DNA of 46,590 nucleotides from an uncultured Candidatus Peribacteria bacterium (GTDB lineage Bacteria; Patescibacteriota; Gracilibacteria; UBA4473): NCBI GenBank assembly GCA_964344165.1, contig CAYFMH010000002.1, positions 1 to 46,590 of the forward strand, read 5' to 3'. Shown piece by piece: positions 1 to 8,479 of this stretch (position 1 is its first letter; each line of letters starts with the position of its first letter). The notes under the pieces were generated by a model. It saw only the letters and a program-made list of their open reading frames with translations, ran no database searches and was not told where the DNA came from. The position numbers and the translations under genes were made by a program.

Positions 1-1
1 A

Positions 2-697
2 TTATTTATCTTCTCAGCTCAGAAAGCCTTCTCTCGTTTTTGCGTAAGTCCTAAAGTGGGTCTGGTCGGAGAAAGTGGGGCGGGGAAAAGTACACTGACG
101 AGTTTGCTGCTCCGATTATACGATATACAAAAAGGCCAAATTTCCATCGACGAAAAAGATATTGCCCAGGTGCAGCAAGAATCTCTTCGAGCCAATATTG
201 CTTTTGTCCCTCAAGAACCCCTGCTTTTTCACCGGACCATTCGAGAAAACATCGCTTATGGCAAAACAAAATCTACTCAAAAAGCTATCGAAAAAGTGGC
301 CAAAATGGCGAATGCCACAGAGTTTATCAAAGATCTGCCGGATAAATATGATACCTACGTCGGAGAGCGAGGCGTGAAGCTCTCTGGAGGGCAAAAACAA
401 CGAGTGGCGATTGCTCGGGCCATGCTCAAAAATGCCCCAATTCTTGTTCTTGATGAGGCGACGAGCGCACTCGATAGTGAGAGTGAGGCGGCAGTTCAGG
501 GAGCGCTAAAAAATCTCATGAAAGGCAAAACGGTACTGGCTATTGCGCATCGACTGTCTACACTTTTGGCAATGGATCGGATTCTTGTGCTTGATAAGGG
601 AAAAGTGGTGGAGGATGGTACGCACGATGAACTTTTGAAAAAAAATGGAATCTATGCCAAGCTGTGGAAGCGACAGGCGGGAGGGTTTATACAGTGA
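2..697 (+). CDS. ABC exporter ATP-binding domain (ABCB/MsbA-type), C-terminal part; the 5' end lies outside the window
   Basis: The frame is open from nt 2. Motifs present: Walker A GESGAGKST, signature LSGGQKQR, Walker B ILVLDEATSALD, H-loop AIAHRLST. TGA stop at 695-697. Confidence 0.9.
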   Translation, partial: LFIFSAQKAFSRFCVSPKVGLVGESGAGKSTLTSLLLRLYDIQKGQISIDEKDIAQVQQESLRANIAFVPQEPLLFHRTIRENIAYGKTKSTQKAIEKVAKMANATEFIKDLPDKYDTYVGERGVKLSGGQKQRVAIARAMLKNAPILVLDEATSALDSESEAAVQGALKNLMKGKTVLAIAHRLSTLLAMDRILVLDKGKVVEDGTHDELLKKNGIYAKLWKRQAGGFIQ

Positions 698-785
698 GCA
701 ACGCAGAAACGCTGATTTTTATGATTTCACAGATTACGCAGATTAAACACAAAAACACCGATTTAATCATAAGTTAAAATAGATA

Positions 786-812
786 AGCCCCCGGGATTGT
801 TCCCCGGGGGCT
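786..812 (-). terminator. GC-rich hairpin terminator downstream of the 869-1540 gene
   Basis: Perfect 10-bp stem agcccccggg/cccgggggct with a 7-nt loop. On the minus strand it is followed by a T-rich stretch (ttatctatttt). It sits between two convergent genes. Confidence 0.6.
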
Positions 813-868
813 CGTTGAGGGGACCATTGGCTCTAGATAGGCCGTTGGTCACGTGTTCGTTGGAATTT

Positions 869-1540
869 TTACTTGGTGTCAGCCGGCGGGTACCTCTCCT
901 CGATCATCGGGATCAAGGCTTTATGGCCCTTCTCCAGGGCTTTGATCTTCCGGGTGACCCGATTGAGAAGGCGGTTGATCAACTCGATCGGGGCCGTCTC
1001 TTTGAAGCGGAAATCCGGAAGGAGACGGTTGTTCTCCACGAAAACCTTCGCCAGAGCATGCTCCGGATTATCGTCGTCCATCCTGAGGCCTTGTTCCCAG
1101 GTCACCCCGGTTTGCTTGAATGTGGCCAAAACCTTGTTCTTCAGTTCGGCCTGGCGGGCCTTCCAGGACTTGATCCTGTTTTGGAGCCGGTCATAGGCCT
1201 TGTCATAGGCCTCGAAGTCCTCGAAGAGGACGGCATCGGAGAATTGGCCCCAGGTGATCTGGCGGGACACTCCTCGGTGATCCCGGAGATAGTAGAAGAT
1301 ATCTCCATTCTGGTTTGTCGTCGTGATGATGTTCCACCCCTCCTTCCCGTTGACGATGGGAAGCCCTTCCGGAAGGTTGGTGATCCTCGCGAGGCGGAGA
1401 GCCTCCTCCAAGACGTTTTCTGCCGGGTAGCAGATCGCGGGCAGTTCGAGTTTGAATTTCGCCCCGAAGGCCTTCCCGAACCGATCGTTCTGGAAGAACG
1501 CGAAGCAGTAGATGGGGTTCTGATTCTGATTGGTGGTCAT
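869..1540 (-). CDS. Hypothetical protein (223 aa) encoded by a GC-rich single-gene insertion
   Basis: ATG at 1540 is preceded by AAGGAG with an 8-nt spacer. No family recognised. Hand count: 34/60 G+C at 901-960 versus 12/60 at 1681-1740. Confidence 0.7.
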   Translation of the reverse strand: MTTNQNQNPIYCFAFFQNDRFGKAFGAKFKLELPAICYPAENVLEEALRLARITNLPEGLPIVNGKEGWNIITTTNQNGDIFYYLRDHRGVSRQITWGQFSDAVLFEDFEAYDKAYDRLQNRIKSWKARQAELKNKVLATFKQTGVTWEQGLRMDDDNPEHALAKVFVENNRLLPDFRFKETAPIELINRLLNRVTRKIKALEKGHKALIPMIEERYPPADTK

Positions 1541-1729
1541 AGATATTACTCCTTGTTGCCCAGTCGGGCGTTTCCCCAATCGGGGTTGGCATTGTGCCGT
1601 GGCCATTAGGACCTCCTTAGAGACACATCTTGATCTCTCCAAAAAGGCACCAACGACCACTTACACCAAATAATATTTCAAAGAACAAAATATATGATAA
1701 TTGTTTTTTATAATTTGTCAATACTTTTT

Positions 1730-1757
1730 TTGACATCAGGCATATTTTTTTCATAAT
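1730..1757 (+). promoter_or_regulatory. Sigma70-like promoter upstream of the DUF3179 gene
   Basis: TTGACA (1730-1735), 16-nt spacer, CATAAT (1752-1757). Confidence 0.35.
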
Positions 1758-1845
1758 GCCTTTTATAAGGGTGTAATTGCCAGCAGAAATTCCCTCACAG
1801 GTTCAAAAAAATGAAAGAAAATAGCTATTGTTAATTATTTACTTC

Positions 1846-2892
1846 ATGAATAAAAAAATTTTCACCGGCATTGGCATTGTTTTTATTTTATTTGGGCTTG
1901 GTCTCGGCTGTGCGACCTGGGCGATGGGATGGGATAATCTCAAGCTGCAGACGAGTCGGGTCTGGGGATTTTTTACGATTGGAAACAATCCTTTTCTTCA
2001 AATTTATGATAAAGACCTCAAAGATTTTGTAGAAATGAATATTCCTGACCCTCGGGTTGACGTGGCAGAATTGCGTTCTGGAGGCCCCGGAAAAGATGGC
2101 ATTCCATCAATTGATAATCCGAAATTTGTAAGCATTGATGCAACGGAGTTTCCCGACGAGGAAATCATCATAGGAGTCTACCAAAATGGTGAAGCCCGAG
2201 CTTATCCCTACGGGATTCTTAATTGGCATGAGATTGTAAATGACAAGATCGGGGATACCCCGATTTCGGTCACGCTCTGTCCACTCTGTGATACCAATCC
2301 GGTTTTTATCCGAAAAGTGAATGGGGTTGAGACGACCTTTGGTGTCTCGGGGAAACTCTATCAGAGTTGTCTCGTGATGTATGATCGGTTGACCGACACC
2401 CTCTGGAGCCAGCCGTGGGGGGTGGGTGTTTTGGGGCCAGAAACCAACGACTTCCTTGAGCGGATCCCAAGTGTCAAAACCACCCTCGGGCAATGGAAAA
2501 AAATGCATCCGAAGACCAAAGTTTTATCCACTGATACGGGGTATCGACGAGGATATTTTCGGTATCCGTATGGGACGTACTACACAGATGATCGCTTGAT
2601 CTTCCCGGTGCGGAATCAAGAGACACGAGAAGTTCATCCCAAAGAAATAATGGCCTATTATTGGATCGCGGATGGTCAGACCCCGGTGGATTATTTTAGC
2701 GGGCCATGGGCGGCGGTCAGTTTGGCAGAAGTACAAGAAAAAGAAGAAGTTATTCTCCCTTTTGGGGAGGCCAAAATTAAAGCCATCTGGGATACCGATC
2801 TCGAGACGGTGCGTTTTCTCTCGGCCGAGGATGAATTATTGGGGGGAAGTACGGCGTTTGGATTTGTGATCCCGGCGTTTTTTGGGGATTAG
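1846..2892 (+). CDS. DUF3179 domain-containing membrane-anchored protein
   Basis: Motifs GGPGKDGIPSIDNPKF, ARAYPYGILNWHEIVND, TLCPLCDT and FGVSGKLYQSCLVMYDRLTDTLWSQ. N-terminal hydrophobic anchor. The ATG at 1846 is preferred over the TTG at 1828. Confidence 0.85.
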   Translation: MNKKIFTGIGIVFILFGLGLGCATWAMGWDNLKLQTSRVWGFFTIGNNPFLQIYDKDLKDFVEMNIPDPRVDVAELRSGGPGKDGIPSIDNPKFVSIDATEFPDEEIIIGVYQNGEARAYPYGILNWHEIVNDKIGDTPISVTLCPLCDTNPVFIRKVNGVETTFGVSGKLYQSCLVMYDRLTDTLWSQPWGVGVLGPETNDFLERIPSVKTTLGQWKKMHPKTKVLSTDTGYRRGYFRYPYGTYYTDDRLIFPVRNQETREVHPKEIMAYYWIADGQTPVDYFSGPWAAVSLAEVQEKEEVILPFGEAKIKAIWDTDLETVRFLSAEDELLGGSTAFGFVIPAFFGD

Positions 2893-3275
2893 TTTTTTTT
2901 CGTAAAACACCTTAAATCATCCTGCTTCTTTCGGAATTGTTCTCCTTCGGCGGGCAGGGGACGATTGAAGCAGCTGAAGGATTTTACCGAACTACTTAAT
3001 TTTCATCAACAGTATGAGATATAAAGCAGGTTCAAAGTTCTACTTTGAATCGTAGAATTCAGAGGATCAACGTGGAACATTGATCCTGCATGGTCTAGGT
3101 CGTAGGCATTTTGGCTCCACATGCAATATGGAGTCTGCGTGGGAAAAAGAGAAGGGAATATTAAACTCAAAACGTTTCGAACGGGGTGATACACCCCGTC
3201 CGGCTTGAGGAACATAACCCCTATCTGCCTTAAAAACTTAAAATGTTTCGGACCGGTTCACAAACCTGCTCCGAC

Positions 3276-3611
3276 TTAAGGTTTCATGCCCGACGCATAT
3301 TTTAGATTTTCCCGATATATCTTTAAGTCCTCTATTGTTTTTGAAGATAGTAGTTCTGTTTCTGGATTATAATTTTCTGGTTGTCCTCGCTTTAACAAAC
3401 CTAATAAGATATCAACTGTCTCAAGAGTAGTAGCTATCGAAAATCTCGTATTTTCTCTGTGTTCTTCATAATCTCTAAGAACTTCTTCAACTACCTCACG
3501 ATCAGCTTCAGATAAAGGGATATTATTAGCTGGGTCTGCAGCATGAAAATATTCTTCCAAGATAGCCCTTAGGGCTTCGTTTAATCGATTTTGTTTTTCG
3601 TTTAATGGCAT
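3276..3611 (-). CDS. Hypothetical acidic protein (111 aa)
   Basis: Clean ATG ORF with no competing frame. No recognisable motif. Confidence 0.5.
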   Translation of the reverse strand: MPLNEKQNRLNEALRAILEEYFHAADPANNIPLSEADREVVEEVLRDYEEHRENTRFSIATTLETVDILLGLLKRGQPENYNPETELLSSKTIEDLKIYRENLKYASGMKP

Positions 3612-3765
3612 TTGTTAACATTAAGAAAGAACATTATAGCACGATATATACATAATTGCAACTTGTTTTTTTAACAATAAAGTGTTTTTGTCAATGTGCA
3701 TTTTTGCAAAAAAAGCGAGCCTCCCCTCTTGCTTTTCTTAATACTTAATACTTACCCCTTAATAC

Positions 3766-5874
3766 TTATTTCGCCTGCTTCATCGACAACTTCACCCGCC
3801 CCATATTATCAATCCCAATCAACTTCACCTTCACCCGTTGCCCTTCCTGCAGATAATCCGTGACCTTTTCTACCCGCTCATCCGCGATCTCTGAGATGTG
3901 GACGAGTGCTTCTTTCTTCGGCATGTACTCCACAAACGCTCCGAAGTCCATGATGGATTTCACCTCTGCATTATCAAATACATCCCCAATCTTCGGTTCA
4001 TAGGCAATCGCTTCGACTGCTTTTCGTGCAGCCTTTCCATTTTCCTGACTGGTAGAAGTGATCATGATGAGTCCGTCGTCTTCGATATCAATGCTGACAT
4101 CGTAGTCTGCACAGAGTCCTTGGATGGTTTCTCCACCTTTTCCGATCACTTCTCGGATGAATTCTGGATTGATGTGGAAAGAATCAATTCGTGGCGCAAA
4201 CTCGTTCATTTCTTTTCTTGGCTCCGCTATCACCGCCTTCATTTCTTTCAAAATATGCTGTCGTCCAGCCTGGGCTTGTTCAAGCGCTTCTCGAAGGAGG
4301 TCTAGTTTGAGTCCTTTTACCTTGATATCCATTTGGAGTGCGGTGATACCGTTTTCATCTCCGGTAACCTTGAAGTCCATATCTCCATCGAAGTCTTCGG
4401 CTCCCTGGATGTCAGAGAGGATTCGGTATTCTCCATCGTCAGCCATCAGGAGTCCCATCGCAATTCCCGCAATCGGGTGTTTGATCGGTACTCCAGCATC
4501 CATGAGGCTTAGGGTTGAGCCACAAACCGAGGCCATCGAAGATGATCCATTACAAGACAAGATCTCTGACACCACTCGCACGGTGTACGGGAAATTATCA
4601 GCGGTTGTTGGTACCATCTGTACCAAAGCTCGCTCGGCCAGAGCTCCATGTCCGATCTCTCGTCGGTTGGTTCCTCTCAGAGGTCGTACTTCTCCCACCG
4701 AGTAGGGCGGAAAATTATAGTGGTGAATGTAGGCTTTTTTCATTTCCGGTCGGTTTGGCGTGTCGATAATCTTCACATCTCCAGGGCCTCCGAGCGTGGT
4801 GATTGAGAGCGCTTGAGTTTCTCCTCGTTGGAAGATCGCCGAACCGTGAAGTCGAGGGAAAACCCCCACTTCTACGTTGATTGGCCGAATCTCGTCGATC
4901 GTTCGACCATCGAGTCTTTTTCCAGAGTTGAACACTTCTGCTCGCATGTTTTTGGCCAATCGTTTTTCAAGGTATCCTTTCATAGCGCCAGCAGAAAGTT
5001 CGCCTTCTTCGATTTCGGTGGCGTATTTTTCGAGTAGTTTTTCTTTTACCTCTCCGAGTTTTTCTTTTACGTCATGTTTGGTTACACCTCGGACGTTTTT
5101 CAACATATCTTCGGTCACAAAATCATCCACGGCTTTGATCTCGGCTTCTGCTTCTTCCCCAAAGAGTGGTTCTTTGGCTTCTATTTTGTGCTGCGCGGCA
5201 AATTCTTTTTGTGCGGCACAGATTTTTTTGATTTCTCCGTGAGCAAACTCGAGTGCGGCCAACATTTCTTCATTGGAGATCAAATTGGATCCAGACTCCA
5301 CCATCATGATGGCGTCTTCGGTCCCCGCGACGACGAGGTCGAGTTTTCCACCTTCCGCTTCTTCATATGTTGGGTCGAGAATAAAACTTCCATCATCAGC
5401 CATCCCGACTCTCACTCCAGCGACGGGAGCTTCAAAAGGGATTCCAGAAATCTGGATCGCCATCGAAGCCGCACACATGAAGAGTGGAGCTGCCGAACGA
5501 AGTTCATCTGTTTGGAGCAACGTCCCAATAATCTGCACATCGTTCTTCATTCCTTTCGGAAAAAGCGGTCGAAGTGGTCGGTCGGTCAATCGAGAATTCA
5601 AAATCGCCATGTCAGAAGGCCGTCCTTCTCGTTTCATAAATCGAGAGCCTTTGAGCCGGCCGGCAGCGTAGAATTTCTCTTCGAAATCGACCATCAATGG
5701 GAAAAAATCAATGTCTTCTCGAGGCGAGTCAGACATCCCAGCGGTGGCGAGGAGAGCCATGTCGCCATGTTTGGCCAGTACCGCTCCATCAGCTTGTTGA
5801 GCAAGTCGTCCGGTCTCAAAAGACATCTCTTTGCCGCCCACCTGCAAAGAAAAAGTTTTTACATCATTTTTCAT
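3766..5874 (-). CDS. pnp: Polyribonucleotide nucleotidyltransferase (PNPase)
   Basis: 702 aa with duplicated RNase PH-like cores, a KH motif (GKGGETIQ) and a C-terminal S1 domain. Conserved rpsO-pnp gene order. Confidence 0.97.
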   Translation of the reverse strand: MKNDVKTFSLQVGGKEMSFETGRLAQQADGAVLAKHGDMALLATAGMSDSPREDIDFFPLMVDFEEKFYAAGRLKGSRFMKREGRPSDMAILNSRLTDRPLRPLFPKGMKNDVQIIGTLLQTDELRSAAPLFMCAASMAIQISGIPFEAPVAGVRVGMADDGSFILDPTYEEAEGGKLDLVVAGTEDAIMMVESGSNLISNEEMLAALEFAHGEIKKICAAQKEFAAQHKIEAKEPLFGEEAEAEIKAVDDFVTEDMLKNVRGVTKHDVKEKLGEVKEKLLEKYATEIEEGELSAGAMKGYLEKRLAKNMRAEVFNSGKRLDGRTIDEIRPINVEVGVFPRLHGSAIFQRGETQALSITTLGGPGDVKIIDTPNRPEMKKAYIHHYNFPPYSVGEVRPLRGTNRREIGHGALAERALVQMVPTTADNFPYTVRVVSEILSCNGSSSMASVCGSTLSLMDAGVPIKHPIAGIAMGLLMADDGEYRILSDIQGAEDFDGDMDFKVTGDENGITALQMDIKVKGLKLDLLREALEQAQAGRQHILKEMKAVIAEPRKEMNEFAPRIDSFHINPEFIREVIGKGGETIQGLCADYDVSIDIEDDGLIMITSTSQENGKAARKAVEAIAYEPKIGDVFDNAEVKSIMDFGAFVEYMPKKEALVHISEIADERVEKVTDYLQEGQRVKVKLIGIDNMGRVKLSMKQAK

Positions 5875-5900
5875 GAGTTTAAGGGATTAAGAAATAATTT

Positions 5901-5928
5901 TTAGCTATTAGCAATTAGCTATTAGCTT
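5901..5928. repeat. Tandem 7-mer repeat x4 in the pnp leader
   Basis: TTAGCTA TTAGCAA TTAGCTA TTAGCTT, immediately followed by the 10-bp palindrome tgttcgaaca (5929-5938). Confidence 0.8.
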
Positions 5929-6039
5929 TGTTCGAACAGATAAACTTTGTTAATTGTTCTCTGTTCTTTGATTGAAATCCCCGCAAACATTTCGCGAATT
6001 CGGGACAAGGCTTGGGAATTTTTCTCTTCCTAGAGCTAG

Positions 6040-6070
6040 AAAAGAAAAACGCCGGGTCTTATCCCGAGCG
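6040..6070 (-). terminator. Rho-independent terminator/attenuator between rpsO and pnp
   Basis: On the minus strand: cgctcggg-ataaga-cccggcg hairpin followed by tttttctttt, starting 9 nt after the rpsO stop. Confidence 0.6.
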
Positions 6071-6078
6071 TCTTGATC

Positions 6079-6342
6079 TTATTTACGGAGACCGAGAGAT
6101 TGAGTTAGCTTAGAATACTCGGCCGTGTTGTTCATCTGGAGGTATCTGAGAAGTTTTCTCCGTCGACCAACCATACCGATTAGACCACGCCGAGAGTGCT
6201 TATCCTTGGGATGAGCTTTTAGGTGCTCCGTCAATTGATTAATTTTTTCCGTGAGGATTGCCACTTGGACCTGTGCAGATCCGGTGTCTTTCCCATGGGT
6301 TTGGAAATCTTTGATGATGCCTTTTTTTTGTTCTCGTTGCAT
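6079..6342 (-). CDS. rpsO: 30S ribosomal protein S15
   Basis: 87 aa with GSAQVQVAILTEKINQLTEHLKAHPKDKHSRRGL and RRRKLLRYL. Lies upstream of pnp. Confidence 0.96.
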   Translation of the reverse strand: MQREQKKGIIKDFQTHGKDTGSAQVQVAILTEKINQLTEHLKAHPKDKHSRRGLIGMVGRRRKLLRYLQMNNTAEYSKLTQSLGLRK

Positions 6343-6384
6343 GGCGCATTAATTAAGCTGGGCAGGACTTTAGAGATATTCTCT

Positions 6385-6981
6385 TTATTCGTCAATATTT
6401 TTCGTGAGAAATTCAAGGATAACATCTGACCGGATCGCAAAAGATTGATTATTATTGGGATCAGAGCCGATCAGGAGGCCATAAATTTTTCCTTTTTTAT
6501 CAAAAATACCGGTGCCGGATTTCCCTTGTTGGATCGTGCCATCCAGGACGAGAAGATTTTTTTTCTTTTCTCCATTGACGAGAAAATCAGCTGAAAGTGA
6601 GAGAATTTTGCTTTTTTGAGATCTTTTACCATCCAGCCACAGTATTTCTTTTTCTAAATTTGGGGGCACATCCGATAGCTCGACTCCTTTTTTGAGCAAA
6701 GGAAAATCATGTTCAGCGCTAAAAACAAGTAAATCATGTTCGAAGCTTCGGGCGATAATTTCAATCTGTTCATCATAATAAAAAAGTTCTTTCCATTCTT
6801 GGAAGATGTGATCGGCCGTAATGAAAATATTATCTTTCACGGGGAGCCCATAGCCTACGATTGCTTGATCGGCGTTTTTGAGTGTTACGTGCGGAGGGAT
6901 CTGTGGAGATTTTTTAATTTCAGTTTTTTGATTACATCCCCAGAGCCAGAGGCACAGAAATGTCAGAATTATTTTTTTCAC
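6385..6981 (-). CDS. Trypsin-like serine peptidase domain lipoprotein
   Basis: Signal peptide plus lipobox (LWLWGC). Likely triad residues: ITADH (His), HDLLVF (Asp), QQGKSGTGIF (Ser). Confidence 0.6.
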   Translation of the reverse strand: MKKIILTFLCLWLWGCNQKTEIKKSPQIPPHVTLKNADQAIVGYGLPVKDNIFITADHIFQEWKELFYYDEQIEIIARSFEHDLLVFSAEHDFPLLKKGVELSDVPPNLEKEILWLDGKRSQKSKILSLSADFLVNGEKKKNLLVLDGTIQQGKSGTGIFDKKGKIYGLLIGSDPNNNQSFAIRSDVILEFLTKNIDE

Positions 6982-7040
6982 CTTTTCATTTTATCGTTTT
7001 TGATTTGTTTTTAAAGCTTTTTTCTGGTAAAACGATTAAA

Positions 7041-8465
7041 ATGTCTTCAAAAAAATCAATTCCAAAAACAAACCTTGGAGGTCCTGAGAAAAAGGAGGAA
7101 GGTGTTTTTGAAATGAAAACAGAAGTTAAACGAAAAATAAAATCTGCCAGGGATAGTTTAGGAGCAGAAATTGAAGAAAAACAAGATAAAAATGTTAGAA
7201 AACAAAAAACGATTTCAACCAATGTAGTTTATTCAAGGTATGAGGATGAAGTAATTTCTGGGAAAAAAGTATTAAAATATAGAGCTGGGGAAGAGATTGT
7301 TGTACGAGATACAGAGGCTAACACAGAAGATGTTTATGGAAAAGATGGACGACAAATTTTTCATAGGGAAATGAGTTCGGGAAGTAGCGTGGAAAATGTA
7401 ATATTTGATGTACAAGGAAATCCTCTTCAAGACTTTAAGACTGAAAAGTTAGTAAATCCCAGAATTACTCCTGAAACTTATCTAGAGAGAGTAAAGAAAA
7501 TTGCTCCGGATAAAGAGAAATTTTTTCGATATGAAAGGTTGTTTTTATCAAGGTATTATAGCCAAGAAGGTCCAGAGGCAGAAAAAAGATTCCCTCCGAA
7601 ACTATTAAGAGACATTAGAAAACACGGAGAGCAATTGGCTAAAATCCCTCAGTTGAAGACAAAAATAGAAGAGCAATTTGGTATACGGATTATTGTTCGA
7701 CTTTCAAATGAAGAAGTGGGAGAATATATTACAGCTCATTCTTCAGTTAACCACCTTCGGACGCAACTAGAAAGTCTGGAAAAGGCTCTTGGAGTGTTGT
7801 CACCAACTATTATACAAAATATAAAATTAAGAAACATTTATCTTCTGTCTGTTTTTCAGAAAAAAAAAGATGGATATTTAAGTAGAGCAGGGGGTATTTA
7901 TGATATTATGCAAACTAAAGAAATTATTTTGTTGAATGGTGGGGTTGGAACCATTTTTCACGAAATAGGTCATGCGATAGATGATGCTGATGGGGGGATG
8001 GGAAATGAAAACCCTTTGTGGATAAGAAGTGCTAGAACTCATGGAGGAAAAAATGCAGCTGATTATGTCCATGAAGGATATATAAATATAAAAAAAAATA
8101 TCCTCATAGATTATCCATCTCGATATGCTAAAAAAAATGTAAATGAAGATTTTGCTGAAATAGTACAGCTTCTTCTTGATCGAACTAAAATTCTTTTGTA
8201 TCCAACAGAATCTATTAACGAAAGAATCAAAACAGAGCCGGGATTAGCCAAAAAAATCCAAATGGCAAAAGATATTCTTTATCGAATGTCGGATGGTTGG
8301 ATGGATGAACAATATTGGGAAGATTTAGAAAGTAGAGTGGAAATTAATCCTGAGTATTGGAAAAAAAGAGAGGATCGTGGAGACTTCAAACCAAGTCAAA
8401 AACGTCAAGATCGGATGGTAAAGGCGGTGGTAAGAACTGGGGATTATAGAGGAAGATTTTTTTAA
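7041..8465 (+). CDS. Putative zinc metallopeptidase, anthrax lethal factor/PPEP (M34)-like C-terminal domain
   Basis: HEIGHAIDD (HExxH) plus a downstream NEDFAEIV (Glu as third ligand) resemble LF's HEFGHAVDD...EFFAEAF. The ATG at 7041 avoids overlap with the upstream minus-strand gene. No signal peptide. Visibly AT-rich. Confidence 0.55.
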   Translation: MSSKKSIPKTNLGGPEKKEEGVFEMKTEVKRKIKSARDSLGAEIEEKQDKNVRKQKTISTNVVYSRYEDEVISGKKVLKYRAGEEIVVRDTEANTEDVYGKDGRQIFHREMSSGSSVENVIFDVQGNPLQDFKTEKLVNPRITPETYLERVKKIAPDKEKFFRYERLFLSRYYSQEGPEAEKRFPPKLLRDIRKHGEQLAKIPQLKTKIEEQFGIRIIVRLSNEEVGEYITAHSSVNHLRTQLESLEKALGVLSPTIIQNIKLRNIYLLSVFQKKKDGYLSRAGGIYDIMQTKEIILLNGGVGTIFHEIGHAIDDADGGMGNENPLWIRSARTHGGKNAADYVHEGYINIKKNILIDYPSRYAKKNVNEDFAEIVQLLLDRTKILLYPTESINERIKTEPGLAKKIQMAKDILYRMSDGWMDEQYWEDLESRVEINPEYWKKREDRGDFKPSQKRQDRMVKAVVRTGDYRGRFF

Positions 8466-8479
8466 AACTTCTTAAAGAT

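Noticed and set aside
797-1609. 270-aa plus-strand ORF (plus shorter ORFs at 873-1196 and 1203-1592) in the GC-rich segment.
   Set aside because: These are mirror ORFs, which are expected in high-GC DNA. The 797 ORF has a TTG start inside the terminator hairpin, no SD and a low-complexity P/G/L/R-rich product. The minus-strand ORF has an ATG with a well-spaced AAGGAG.
2893-3275. Tested whether the spacer encodes RNase P RNA, tmRNA or SRP RNA.
   Set aside because: There is no GAGGAAAGTCC or ACAGAAnCCGGCTTA (RNase P). There is no GGGG...TCCACCA tRNA-like ends or tag ORF (tmRNA). The gaagcagc / tccgaaagaagcagg strings do not form the SRP helix-8 pairing. The region is kept only as an unclassified structured-RNA candidate.
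3898-5904. Multiple plus-strand ORFs of 74-276 aa overlapping pnp.
   Set aside because: They are antisense to a confidently identified PNPase gene. Their products are low-complexity (S/F/R-rich) and they lack start-site signals.
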